The notes below the pieces were generated by a model. It was not told the DNA's origin, searched no databases, and worked only from the letters and a program-made list of their open reading frames with translations. A stretch of 64,000 nt of DNA from Bacteroidota bacterium (lineage in GTDB: Bacteria; Bacteroidota; Ignavibacteria; Kapaibacteriales; UBA961). Below, in pieces: positions 20,099 through 29,799 of the stretch. The translations under genes were made by a program, and so were the position numbers. Positions within the stretch are counted from its first letter, which is position 1. The number at the start of each line of letters is the position of its first letter. The stretch spans positions 3,539-67,538 of the forward strand of contig JBEEPK010000002.1 of NCBI GenBank assembly GCA_041191145.1, written 5' to 3'.

Positions 20099-22678
20099 TT
20101 GAAGAAATTGATTCATAAATATCTATCATTGGGATGTATCATTTTCATGATTGCATCCCATCTTGCATTCGGGGAAATGCAAGATCAAGTTTCCTTTGTT
20201 CTGATGAAACAATTGAGAATGCCGATTGCTCAATCATATTTGACTGATGTAGAATTGCCAATGGAGTATATTCTAAATCAATGGAAAGCAGGATATCATG
20301 TATCTGGAATATCACATGGTGATAAAGGGTATGCCATAATCATGAATGGCGGTTTGATTCCTCAGAAAATTATATCATCGGATACTTTTCCAAGCACTCA
20401 ATTGCGAGATTATATGGCAATGGGTTTTCGCATGACTTCAATTTCAGCACATGCGGGAAAATGGGATATAGTTATGTCACTCGAAAATGGAGTATACTCT
20501 CAAGTTATAACCACACACACTCAATTTCCTGCAAAGCATATTCAAGAATATTGGGAGAAAGGATTTCGCATCGCATGCATTGAGTTTGGGAATGGTTTAT
20601 GGACTCTTGCCATGAATAGGGCAATGTTCACACAATCACAATCCTATGTCACCACTGATTCAATCCCCGAGAGAATTACATCTCTCATGAAAGGACTTGC
20701 AATAAGATCTTGCATGAATGTTCAAGGTAAATATTTTATTGTCGGAGAGGGCGGAGATGATGGCGCGCCGTATTTGCTTCTCTCAAAAGATTCACTCCGA
20801 AAGGAGATAATCGATACAGCATGGCAGAAGCGGTATGCTCTTTTGGAGTTTCAAATGGAGAGAAAACCTATACGGTATATGCTTCCTGAATATCAATTGA
20901 AAGAACAATTCATTGAGTCATTGGATCTTACCACTGTGCCATCAGACTCAATGCGACATGAAGAATTTAATACACATATTTTGATATGCAAAGATCATGG
21001 TAGCGCTCGAATTGCGATGCGAAGAAGAGCTCAATCGTATTTATTGAGAAAGGATACTGCTTCAGCGATTGATGTATATGTGCGATATAGAGAACTCATC
21101 CCGAAGCATAGAGCATGGATTGATTCTTCGATTGCATTGCTCACCATGCCTATCCAACCATTGGAAATCATCAATATCGGACAACCCATCAATACAAATG
21201 GATCCGAATGGGACCCGGTGCCATCACCTGATGGAAAATATTTGTTCCTCTCCGTGAGAGATCGCATTGGTGGGGAAGGAAGACAAGATGTATTTGTCTC
21301 CGAACGAAAGGATTCACTTCCTGGATCTCCATGGGGAATCCCAAAAAGCATTGGACAAGGCGTGAATTCTGCACAAGGTGAAGAAACGATAGACAATGTT
21401 TCAACAGATGGTAATACAATTTTATTATCAGGAACATTCCCCGGATCATATGGAAAATTTGACATTTATACAGCAGAAAGAACTTCATTTGGTTGGGATA
21501 ATCTCAGACAAATGCCTCGTCCAATCAATTCAGAATATCATGATGAAAGTGGATGTTTCAGCTCAGATGGAAGAGTTATTTTATTTAGTTCTGAAAGACC
21601 AGGTGGAATTGGTGGGATAACAGTACCCATGAATTATCGTTATGCAGATGGAACGCATGGGAATATGGATTTATGGGCTTGCATCAAAACTGATACAGGA
21701 TGGAGTGAACCAATCAATCTCGGACCAAATATCAATACTCCATTTGCCGAACGCTCACTGTTTCTACATCCTGATGGTAGGACTTTGTATTTCTCAAGCA
21801 ATGGACATCCCGGACTTGGCGGTTTGGATGTATACAAATCATATAGGGTACATGAAGATTCTTGGACTGAATGGACTGTTCCTCAAAACTTGGGTCGCTC
21901 CATCAATACATTGGATGATGATTTCAGTTATAAAATCACGGTGAATGGTGATACTGCCTATTATGCGGCTCAAGATGCTCCGGGAGGCTTTGGACAATGG
22001 GATGTGTATAGAGTGATACTTCCAAAAGATGTAAGACCGCAACCAATTGCATCTATTTCAGGAAAAGTGATTTCAAAGAAAGATGGACTTTCCATTTCCG
22101 CAACAATCATCTGGGAAGATCTGAGCACCGGAAAAACAATTGGTTCATCGAGAATCAATCCGGTAGATGGCTCATTTTTCATCGTTCTTCCACTCGGAAA
22201 AAAATATGGATATTATGCAAGCTCTCCAGGGTACTTTCCTTCATCATCAAATATTGATTTACGAAAAAACACAAAATCATTGACAAGAAAACAAATCATC
22301 GAATTGTCTAAAATGCCTGATGAACAAGCAAAAGAAGTTACTATTGAATTGACCAATGTCTTCTTTGACTTCCTTTCTTCCGAACTCTTGAAAGATTCAT
22401 ATCCTGAATTACAAAGATTGGCTGATATCATCAAAGAAAGAAAGTATCAGAAAATCCTCATAGCCGGACATACTGATGATAGGGGGTCTGATGCATTCAA
22501 TAATGATCTTTCACAAAAAAGGGCAGAATCCGTGAAAAAGTATCTTGTTAGCTTGGGAATTGCATCAGAATACCTGAAAACGCAGGGATTTGGGAAGAGA
22601 AAACCACGATATGTCGGGAAATCTGAGGAAGAAAGAGCGGGTAATAGAAGAGTGGAAGTCACCATAATCAAAGAATAA
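20099..22678 (+). CDS. OmpA-family protein with TolB-like PD40 beta-propeller repeats and an N-terminal ~45-aa repeat domain of unknown function
   Basis: The C-terminus carries the OmpA/MotB peptidoglycan-binding motif 'IAGHTDDRGSDAFNNDLSQKRAESV'. The middle carries PD40 repeats ('PSPDGKYLFLS', 'FSSDGRVILFSSERPGG', 'LHPDGRTLYFSSNGHPG'). A start at TTG 20099 gives the signal peptide MKKLIHKYLSLGCIIFMIASHLAFG. The track's ATG at 19910 overlaps the RND stop and is unlikely. Confidence 0.65.
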   Translation: MKKLIHKYLSLGCIIFMIASHLAFGEMQDQVSFVLMKQLRMPIAQSYLTDVELPMEYILNQWKAGYHVSGISHGDKGYAIIMNGGLIPQKIISSDTFPSTQLRDYMAMGFRMTSISAHAGKWDIVMSLENGVYSQVITTHTQFPAKHIQEYWEKGFRIACIEFGNGLWTLAMNRAMFTQSQSYVTTDSIPERITSLMKGLAIRSCMNVQGKYFIVGEGGDDGAPYLLLSKDSLRKEIIDTAWQKRYALLEFQMERKPIRYMLPEYQLKEQFIESLDLTTVPSDSMRHEEFNTHILICKDHGSARIAMRRRAQSYLLRKDTASAIDVYVRYRELIPKHRAWIDSSIALLTMPIQPLEIINIGQPINTNGSEWDPVPSPDGKYLFLSVRDRIGGEGRQDVFVSERKDSLPGSPWGIPKSIGQGVNSAQGEETIDNVSTDGNTILLSGTFPGSYGKFDIYTAERTSFGWDNLRQMPRPINSEYHDESGCFSSDGRVILFSSERPGGIGGITVPMNYRYADGTHGNMDLWACIKTDTGWSEPINLGPNINTPFAERSLFLHPDGRTLYFSSNGHPGLGGLDVYKSYRVHEDSWTEWTVPQNLGRSINTLDDDFSYKITVNGDTAYYAAQDAPGGFGQWDVYRVILPKDVRPQPIASISGKVISKKDGLSISATIIWEDLSTGKTIGSSRINPVDGSFFIVLPLGKKYGYYASSPGYFPSSSNIDLRKNTKSLTRKQIIELSKMPDEQAKEVTIELTNVFFDFLSSELLKDSYPELQRLADIIKERKYQKILIAGHTDDRGSDAFNNDLSQKRAESVKKYLVSLGIASEYLKTQGFGKRKPRYVGKSEEERAGNRRVEVTIIKE

Positions 22679-22729
22679 AGCCCCAAAATTGAATATCTTT
22701 GTGTCCGACTATCATTCATTTGAGCTTCA

Positions 22730-23851
22730 ATGTCCTTCTTTTCCCTGCAACATACAGATCAACATAGCCGAGCAAGAGCCGGTGTTATGCAAACAGATCA
22801 TGGTCAAATCGAAACACCGATCTTCATGCCGGTAGGAACAGTTGGATCTGTCAAAGCCATTGAGCAAAGAGAACTCATTGAGATTGGCGCTCAAATCATT
22901 CTTGGAAACACCTATCATTTATATCTTCGACCCGGTGAAGATGTTTTGAGTCATTTCGGCGGACATCACCGTTTCATTTCATGGCCTCTGCCGATTCTTA
23001 CCGATTCGGGTGGTTATCAAGTGTTTTCACTCAAAGAATTACGAAAAATAACTGAACAAGGCGTTGAATTTAGATCACATATTGATGGCTCAAAACATTT
23101 CTTTTCTCCGGAACGAGTGATTGAAATACAGCGTTGTATCGGCAGCGACATCATGATGGTTTTGGATGAATGCACCTCATTTCCCGCAACTCATGAAGAA
23201 GCCAAAACTTCGATGGATTTGACGCTTCGCTGGGCAAAGAGAAATAAGGATGCTTTTGACAATAGCATACCTAGGTATGGCCATAAGCAATTTCTTTTCG
23301 GTATTGGTCAAGGAAGCACATATAAAGATCTACGTAGTGATTGCATGAATCAATTGATTGATATGAATTTTGATGGTTATGCAATTGGTGGTTTGGCAGT
23401 TGGTGAGCCTTCTTTCGACATGTATGACATCATTGATCATTCAACGAATGCAATGCCAAAAGAAAAGCCGCGATATCTCATGGGAGTTGGCACTCCTGAA
23501 AATATTCTCACCGCGATTGAAATGGGAGTCGATATGTTCGACTGTGTGATGCCTACAAGAAATGCACGCAATGGAACGATTTTCACCACTCGCGGAAGGA
23601 TGAATATTCGCAATTTGAAAAATAAATTCAGTGATGAGCCAATCGATCCGGGTTTGGATCTCTATGCTTCACAAGAATTCTCACTTGGCTATTTGAGACA
23701 TCTCTTTACGGTTGGAGAAATTGTTGGTTTGCAACTCGCAACATTACAGAATCTAGGATTTTACATGTGGCTTGTTCGCGAAGCCAGAAAACATATTTTG
23801 GACAATACATATTCACAATGGAAATCCTCCATACTTGAAATCATACGATAA
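22730..23851 (+). CDS. tgt: Queuine tRNA-ribosyltransferase
   Basis: 'ARAGVMQTDHGQIETPIFMPVGT' N-terminal signature. Zinc-site region conserved. Confidence 0.9.
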   Translation: MSFFSLQHTDQHSRARAGVMQTDHGQIETPIFMPVGTVGSVKAIEQRELIEIGAQIILGNTYHLYLRPGEDVLSHFGGHHRFISWPLPILTDSGGYQVFSLKELRKITEQGVEFRSHIDGSKHFFSPERVIEIQRCIGSDIMMVLDECTSFPATHEEAKTSMDLTLRWAKRNKDAFDNSIPRYGHKQFLFGIGQGSTYKDLRSDCMNQLIDMNFDGYAIGGLAVGEPSFDMYDIIDHSTNAMPKEKPRYLMGVGTPENILTAIEMGVDMFDCVMPTRNARNGTIFTTRGRMNIRNLKNKFSDEPIDPGLDLYASQEFSLGYLRHLFTVGEIVGLQLATLQNLGFYMWLVREARKHILDNTYSQWKSSILEIIR

Positions 23852-23878
23852 GTTTATACATCATTTAAGGTAAAGACA

Positions 23879-24205
23879 ATGCCATTTTTCCCAGTAGAAG
23901 TATTTGCACAAGGTGCCCAAGCAGGAAGTGCAGATCCTATTTCACAATTACTCACTTCACTTCTTCCAATGGCCGCCATATTTGCGGTTTTCTATTTCCT
24001 TATGATTCGTCCGCAAAGGAAACGTCATAATGATCACATGAAACTGATTTCAGAACTCAAAAAGGGTGATAAAGTGATCACTTCCGCAGGTATTCACGGC
24101 ATCGTGGATTCTGTTGATGAATCAGGTATCATCAAATTGAAGATCGCTGAAACAACAATCATCAAGATTGACAAGGTTGCAATTTCTCAGGTAAATACTC
24201 AATAA
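23879..24205 (+). CDS. yajC: Preprotein translocase subunit YajC
   Basis: Single TM segment. 'FLMIRPQRKR...ELKKGDKVITSAGIHG' motif. Confidence 0.85.
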   Translation: MPFFPVEVFAQGAQAGSADPISQLLTSLLPMAAIFAVFYFLMIRPQRKRHNDHMKLISELKKGDKVITSAGIHGIVDSVDESGIIKLKIAETTIIKIDKVAISQVNTQ

Positions 24206-24208
24206 TCC

Positions 24209-25417
24209 ATGAAAAACACTTTTGATTCCATAGAGCAAGCAATCAAAGATTTGAAAGCAGGCAAAGTTGTGGTCGTGCTTGATGATGAAGATCGTGAAAA
24301 TGAAGGAGATGTCATTTGTGCAGCAGAGTTTTGTACTCCGGAACTTGTCAATTTCATGGCTTCACAGGCAAAAGGATTGATTTGTGTGGCAATGCCTCCT
24401 GAAAAAGCACTTGCCTTGGATCTTGCTCCAATGGTTCCGGACAATACCGCATTGCATGGTACAAAATTCACAGTCTCAATTGACTATCTGCATGGTACCA
24501 GCTCAGGAATTTCTGCAAGTGATCGCTCGGCTACAATCAAAGCATTGGTGCAGGATGATATCAAACCTGAAGATTTCGGAAGACCAGGTCATATTTTTCC
24601 TTTGATTGCAGTCGAAGAGGGCGTGCTGAGGAGAGCTGGTCACACTGAAGCAGTTGTTGATCTCATGAAACTTGGAAATCTCAAGTCAGTTGGCGTTCTA
24701 TGCGAGATTCTTGCCGAAGATGGCACGATGATGCGCACACCACAATTGATGGAATTTTCAGAAAAACATGCACTTTCCATCATCACGGTGAAAGACCTTA
24801 TCAAATATCGATTGAATAAAGAACAATTGGTCGAACCGGTGGCAGAGGCTCAATTGCCAACTGAATTCGGGAATTTTACGCTTAAGGTATTTGCTAATAC
24901 CGTTGATGGGAAAGAACATGTGGCTTTGGTTAAAGGTACATGGAATGAGGATGAACCTGTCTTGGTTCGTGTTCATAGCGAATGTCTGACCGGTGATATA
25001 TTTCACTCACTTCGTTGTGACTGTGGTCCACAATTGTCTGCCGCTCTTTCTATGATTGAACAAGCAGAGAAAGGCGTATTGCTGTATATGCGACAAGAGG
25101 GAAGAGGAATCGGACTTGTCAATAAAGTGAAGGCATATTCTTTGCAGGAAAAAGGACTTGATACTGTTGAGGCAAATGTTCAATTGGGCTTTCAGCCGGA
25201 TCCTCGAGATTATGGCATCGGTGCACAGATTCTTGCTTCGCTTGGTATTAGAAAGATGCGATTGATGACGAATAATCCCACAAAAAGAGTCGGACTTGAA
25301 AGTTATGGACTTGAAGTGATTGAGCGTGTCCCCATAGAAATGCAACCTAATCCTGTGAATCGTGATTATTTGGAGACCAAAAAGGTCAAAATGGGTCATT
25401 TATTGACTCATCTTTGA
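24209..25417 (+). CDS. ribBA: Bifunctional 3,4-dihydroxy-2-butanone-4-phosphate synthase / GTP cyclohydrolase II
   Basis: DHBP synthase N-domain ('RENEGDVICAAE') and GCHII C-domain ('RVHSECLTGDIFHSLRCDCG'). Confidence 0.9.
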   Translation: MKNTFDSIEQAIKDLKAGKVVVVLDDEDRENEGDVICAAEFCTPELVNFMASQAKGLICVAMPPEKALALDLAPMVPDNTALHGTKFTVSIDYLHGTSSGISASDRSATIKALVQDDIKPEDFGRPGHIFPLIAVEEGVLRRAGHTEAVVDLMKLGNLKSVGVLCEILAEDGTMMRTPQLMEFSEKHALSIITVKDLIKYRLNKEQLVEPVAEAQLPTEFGNFTLKVFANTVDGKEHVALVKGTWNEDEPVLVRVHSECLTGDIFHSLRCDCGPQLSAALSMIEQAEKGVLLYMRQEGRGIGLVNKVKAYSLQEKGLDTVEANVQLGFQPDPRDYGIGAQILASLGIRKMRLMTNNPTKRVGLESYGLEVIERVPIEMQPNPVNRDYLETKKVKMGHLLTHL

Positions 25418-25545
25418 AGTTTTGCCATCTCCCATAAATTCAATACATTTGCTCTGTACTCAAAATGTACGCCTCGAGACAAAGTCGTTATGAAGATAAC
25501 GGCTTTGTCTTTTTTTGCTGTAATACACTCTCTTTGGAGAAATCC

Positions 25546-26028
25546 ATGTCATCCGGTCCAGTATACATGACCCGCGAAGGTGTTGCGAAAATTGAAGATG
25601 AAATAAAGCAACTCAAGGGAAAGGGAAGAAAGGAAATTGCCGAGAAGATTGCTTATGCACGCTCACATGGTGATTTATCTGAGAATGCCGATTATGATGC
25701 CGCAAAGCATGAGCAGGAATTGCTTGAGATGCGCATTTCAAGATTGGAATCTACTTTGGTAAAAGTGCAAGTTATTGATCCGAAGGACCTTCCAAATGAT
25801 AAAATATATATTCTTTCGAAAGTGAAACTAAAGAACAATAAAACCAGTAAAATGGTTGAATATACATTGGTAAGTGCAGAAGAAGCAGATTTTCAAGCCA
25901 ATAAATTGGCTGTTTCTTCACCTTTGGGTAAAGCATTACTTGGAAAGACAATTGGTGATAAGGTCATAACAAAGGTTCCAGCAGGCGATATCGAGTATGA
26001 AATACTTGAAATTGGAAAAATTGATTGA
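25546..26028 (+). CDS. greA: Transcription elongation factor GreA
   Basis: 'HGDLSENADYDAAK' coiled-coil acidic finger. The internal ATG is preferred to the track start. Confidence 0.85.
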   Translation: MSSGPVYMTREGVAKIEDEIKQLKGKGRKEIAEKIAYARSHGDLSENADYDAAKHEQELLEMRISRLESTLVKVQVIDPKDLPNDKIYILSKVKLKNNKTSKMVEYTLVSAEEADFQANKLAVSSPLGKALLGKTIGDKVITKVPAGDIEYEILEIGKID

Positions 26029-26057
26029 ATTAAACCAAATGGATAGAAACATTGTCT

Positions 26058-26091
26058 AATTCCCGTGATTTCACATGGGAATTTTTTTTTG
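26058..26091 (+). terminator. Rho-independent terminator after greA
   Basis: Hairpin TTCCCGTG-attt-CACATGGGAA (with one G·U pair) followed by a T9 run. Confidence 0.6.
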
Positions 26092-26102
26092 TCGGAGATT
26101 GA

Positions 26103-26657
26103 GTGAAGCCTGAACAAGACATATTAGATCTCCTTGAAAAAGGTAAAACTCATGAGGTTATGTCCATTCTGATGTCGAATTATAAACGATTCGTACATTC
26201 AACGGCAATGCGCTATCTGAAAGATGATGATGATGCAAAAGATGTAACTCAAGAAGTTTTTATTAAAGCTTATAACTCCCTTGATTATTTTCGAGGTGAT
26301 TCCAAGATTCAGACATGGCTCTATGCAATTACTAGAAATCTTTGTTTGAATGCTCTTGACAAAAAGAAAAGAAAAGGAAATGTGATTCATTTGGAAACTT
26401 TGGAAGTATTGTCCGATGAAAGATCAGATAGACTTGTGAATGAATCTGAGTTCTCAAAGTTCTTTAAGGAATGCATGTCCATATTACCTGAAAAACAAAG
26501 AGAAACATTCATATTACGACATGTTGAAGAATTGACATATGAAGAAATCTCCGAAATGCTTGGCACCAGCATTGGTGGACTCAAAGCAAACTATTATCAA
26601 GCAGTACAAAAATTGTCTCAATATCTTTCTTCCAAAAAAGAAGGGAACATACAATGA
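26103..26657 (+). CDS. ECF-subfamily RNA polymerase sigma-70 factor
   Basis: Region 2 'DAKDVTQEVFIKAYNSLDYF' and region 4 'LTYEEISEMLGTSIGGLK'. GTG start. Confidence 0.85.
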   Translation: MKPEQDILDLLEKGKTHEVMSILMSNYKRFVHSTAMRYLKDDDDAKDVTQEVFIKAYNSLDYFRGDSKIQTWLYAITRNLCLNALDKKKRKGNVIHLETLEVLSDERSDRLVNESEFSKFFKECMSILPEKQRETFILRHVEELTYEEISEMLGTSIGGLKANYYQAVQKLSQYLSSKKEGNIQ

Positions 26658-27208
26658 ATAATCATGAAAATATCGAATATTTGTTACCTGATTATATCAA
26701 TGGTACTTTGTCTGAGGATGATATCTATATTGTGGAACAAGCTCTTGCTTCTTCCAAAGACTTGCAACAAAAACACGATGAATTTGTACAAGTATTTAGT
26801 GTATTGAAGCAAGACAATATCATTCAATTGATGAATGATGAGGTAGAATTCGTGGATGTAATCATTCCTCTTAAAGCAAAGAAGAAGATGATAATCCCAA
26901 AGATCATCATCGGAACCACAACTTCAATAGCAGCTTGTTTATTGCTTTGGATTGGTATTAATAACCAAATATCCAGCAATGTTCAAAATGGTGATGTCAA
27001 GAAAATACCTACTATTGAATTGGCTGAGACAATCGATGAATTTACTCCTTTGGAATTACAATCAGAGGATGTGGAAGAAGTGATATTGGATGAACTTCTT
27101 ACATTGTATGTAAGTGATATCGAATCAGGTAAAGAGATCAATCCGCTACTCGAAAATGAAATCACAAATTATCTTTTGCAGGAGAGTTCAGATGAAGAAG
27201 TATTATAA
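26654..27208 (+). CDS. Anti-sigma factor (membrane-spanning)
   Basis: Overlaps the sigma gene by 4 bp. N-terminal 'YLLPDYINGTLSEDD' anti-sigma motif and a central TM helix. Confidence 0.65.
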   Translation: MNNHENIEYLLPDYINGTLSEDDIYIVEQALASSKDLQQKHDEFVQVFSVLKQDNIIQLMNDEVEFVDVIIPLKAKKKMIIPKIIIGTTTSIAACLLLWIGINNQISSNVQNGDVKKIPTIELAETIDEFTPLELQSEDVEEVILDELLTLYVSDIESGKEINPLLENEITNYLLQESSDEEVL

Positions 27209-27644
27209 ACTCATCTGCTTTGCAACACTTTTCATGTTCTTAGGTACTGCTTCGCTTTGTAGTCAAAATCCGGAAAAAATGCGTGAGAGATTGAAGACTT
27301 ATAAAAAGATCATGTTGATGGAAAAACTCAATATGAGCGAAGAACAATCTATTAAGTTTTTTACAAGATACACCGAGTATGAGGAATTCATAAAAAAGGC
27401 CAAAAATGAATTGGATCAATCCGTGGATTTGCTTGAGCAAGTTGTGGAATCAGGGAAGGCAGAAAATGAAAAAGCAATCCAATTGGTCTTTGAGAAAGAC
27501 ATTGCATTGAAAAAAGTCATCATTGAACGAATCAAAGCAATGAAGAATGTACTCAGTGAGAAGCAATATGGGAAGTATGTTCTCCTTGAATATCGCTTAT
27601 TGGATAAAGTTAAAGATGCAGTGAAAAAAAGACGAAAGAAGTAA
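27192..27644 (+). CDS. Periplasmic Spy/CpxP-like (LTXXQ-motif) protein
   Basis: Signal peptide MKKYYKLICFATLFMFLGTASLCS. Helical K/E-rich protein with LxxxQ-type repeats. Third gene of the sigma/anti-sigma module. Confidence 0.5.
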   Translation: MKKYYKLICFATLFMFLGTASLCSQNPEKMRERLKTYKKIMLMEKLNMSEEQSIKFFTRYTEYEEFIKKAKNELDQSVDLLEQVVESGKAENEKAIQLVFEKDIALKKVIIERIKAMKNVLSEKQYGKYVLLEYRLLDKVKDAVKKRRKK

Positions 27645-27653
27645 TGCTATTAA

Positions 27654-28643
27654 TTAAAATTTCAGATAAAGTGAGTCAGAATTATAGAAAAATATATCCT
27701 TTTTTAGCTTAGTATATCTTTGTATATAATGTTCTTTATAATTGAAAGAAGACTCACTTAGTTCATATTGTTTTTTTATGAGAGGGATATAAGTAGAAGG
27801 GTGATAATATTCTAATGTATATTGTTTCAGATATCTTCCTTGATGACCATATTGTGAATAATCATAAATGCACTTTGACTTTGGATTTATATTTAAGGGA
27901 AATTGTTGAAAATCAATAAATCTATAGTATGTACCTAATATTGAAATATAAGTATACCAAGATCCAAATCTATCATGTGTTTCATATACTTGAAAATCTC
28001 TTATCCCATCTAGATTGATGTCTGTATAAATGATTCTGATTGTCTGAGTTAAATCATAATTTAGATAATTGAATTGTTTCTGTTTTATGAACAGTAACAA
28101 TTCTTGCAGAAAATTCTGACCTTTTGGAATTCTGATATTTTGATTTATCCCAAAATCAACAAGAGTAGTTTCAGGGGGGCTGAAGATTGAATTATCATAT
28201 AATATATTGCTTACAAAGACAATCTTTCCGCTTTCTTTATTGTAAACAAGGATTCTCGTTCCATCATACTGAATATATTCATCATTGTAATAATCCTCAT
28301 CTTTCCCTTCAGCAACAACTTTTTTGAGTGTAGGTTTGCGATATGCAGAAATGATATAGGATTGTGCTAGCAATGAATCATGTACAGGGAATATTGCCGA
28401 GTTATGAAAGAATTGATTTTGTATGTTAACCAGATGTGAAGTTAAATCGCAATTCTGGAATTGATACAAATTCAATAATGAAGGAAATACATATGCTTCA
28501 ACTCGCAAGTGTTTATATACATTGTTATGATATTCGAGAAGTGATGATATATTAGTTGTGCACTTATTCATTGTATTTGACTCTATACATGAATAGGTAA
28601 TAAATGAAAATATAGATACAAATAAAAGAATAAAATATTTCAT
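27654..28643 (-). CDS. Hypothetical secreted Tyr/Asn-rich protein
   Basis: Signal peptide. Strongly AT-rich coding sequence. No recognisable motif. Confidence 0.4.
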   Translation of the reverse strand: MKYFILLFVSIFSFITYSCIESNTMNKCTTNISSLLEYHNNVYKHLRVEAYVFPSLLNLYQFQNCDLTSHLVNIQNQFFHNSAIFPVHDSLLAQSYIISAYRKPTLKKVVAEGKDEDYYNDEYIQYDGTRILVYNKESGKIVFVSNILYDNSIFSPPETTLVDFGINQNIRIPKGQNFLQELLLFIKQKQFNYLNYDLTQTIRIIYTDINLDGIRDFQVYETHDRFGSWYTYISILGTYYRFIDFQQFPLNINPKSKCIYDYSQYGHQGRYLKQYTLEYYHPSTYIPLIKKQYELSESSFNYKEHYIQRYTKLKKDIFFYNSDSLYLKF

Positions 28644-28655
28644 GACATTATGTTC

Positions 28656-29660
28656 TTAATTCATGATTTTTGTACCAATCTCAGTCCCACCCCATTCAAT
28701 TACAGTATATCCATTGCGCTTTAATGAGGGTAATTCTTGTTCTTTGATAGGGTTATTAGGTATTTCATGACTATACTCCATAAAGACTCTTATGAGTGTC
28801 TCTGGTTTTGGGGTGATTTCCAAGAATGAAGTATTTCGAATGTTATCATTTATTGAAAAGTGAATAAAACATTCCTCTTTACTCATCATTCTTGGTGCCC
28901 AAAAAGTAATGAAGTCATTAGATTCTAATTTATTTAGACCAAATTGATATAATACTTTCTCTAAAAATGGGATTACATCTTTTGCTTTTATAATGAATCC
29001 TTCATTGAATATATCTCTTGCTAAGCTTTTGTATGATATTCCCTCCCAAAACAAATATCTATGTTCTGTCGAGTCATTTAGGTTTAAAAGTAAACCATCA
29101 GTCTTTGCAAGGACTTTCCAACCATCCAAATATTCCGGATAAGTAAATGTTATCTCACCCAGATAAGTATGCTTGACTTCTGTAATCTGATCTTGTTCGG
29201 GGTAAATGTAGATGACAGGTTTTTTATACATATGTCTTATTGGTAAAGTATCGCAATGAGATATATCAACCATACATTTCGAATTGTTCTTATATGGTAT
29301 TTGGATTTTTGTAGAGCAAGGTGATGAATAGTTCGAATGGGTAATCACCATGATATGACTGTATTGTTGTAATTGTTCTGCATTCAGAGTAACAGAAAAT
29401 TTGGGTTTACTTCTCGACTGGATGAAAAGTGATGAATTATGTTCTGACTCATCATAAAGATAGATGTCATAACTTCCTGTAAATGCAACAGTATCCGTGC
29501 CATGTATTGAATGCACAAGCATTCCAAGCACTTTATGAATGGATTTTGATGATTGTCCATATCCTGACATTGTAGCACTTAGAATCAATAGTAGTATTGT
29601 CAATGATATATGCAGAGTATTGCCACGTTTATTTTGAATCCAATTTAATGATGTATGCAT
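28656..29660 (-). CDS. Hypothetical secreted protein
   Basis: Signal/TM N-terminus. AT-rich. No recognisable motif. Confidence 0.4.
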   Translation of the reverse strand: MHTSLNWIQNKRGNTLHISLTILLLILSATMSGYGQSSKSIHKVLGMLVHSIHGTDTVAFTGSYDIYLYDESEHNSSLFIQSRSKPKFSVTLNAEQLQQYSHIMVITHSNYSSPCSTKIQIPYKNNSKCMVDISHCDTLPIRHMYKKPVIYIYPEQDQITEVKHTYLGEITFTYPEYLDGWKVLAKTDGLLLNLNDSTEHRYLFWEGISYKSLARDIFNEGFIIKAKDVIPFLEKVLYQFGLNKLESNDFITFWAPRMMSKEECFIHFSINDNIRNTSFLEITPKPETLIRVFMEYSHEIPNNPIKEQELPSLKRNGYTVIEWGGTEIGTKIMN

Positions 29661-29799
29661 ATGTAATTCCTATAGACACAAAGATTCAATATTTCAAGTT
29701 CAGACTGACAATGATACTGGAGTACATATACTCATACATTATGATATGAAAAATATAAATGAGCTAGTTTCTGTGAAAGCAGTCAACTTGATTGTTATA

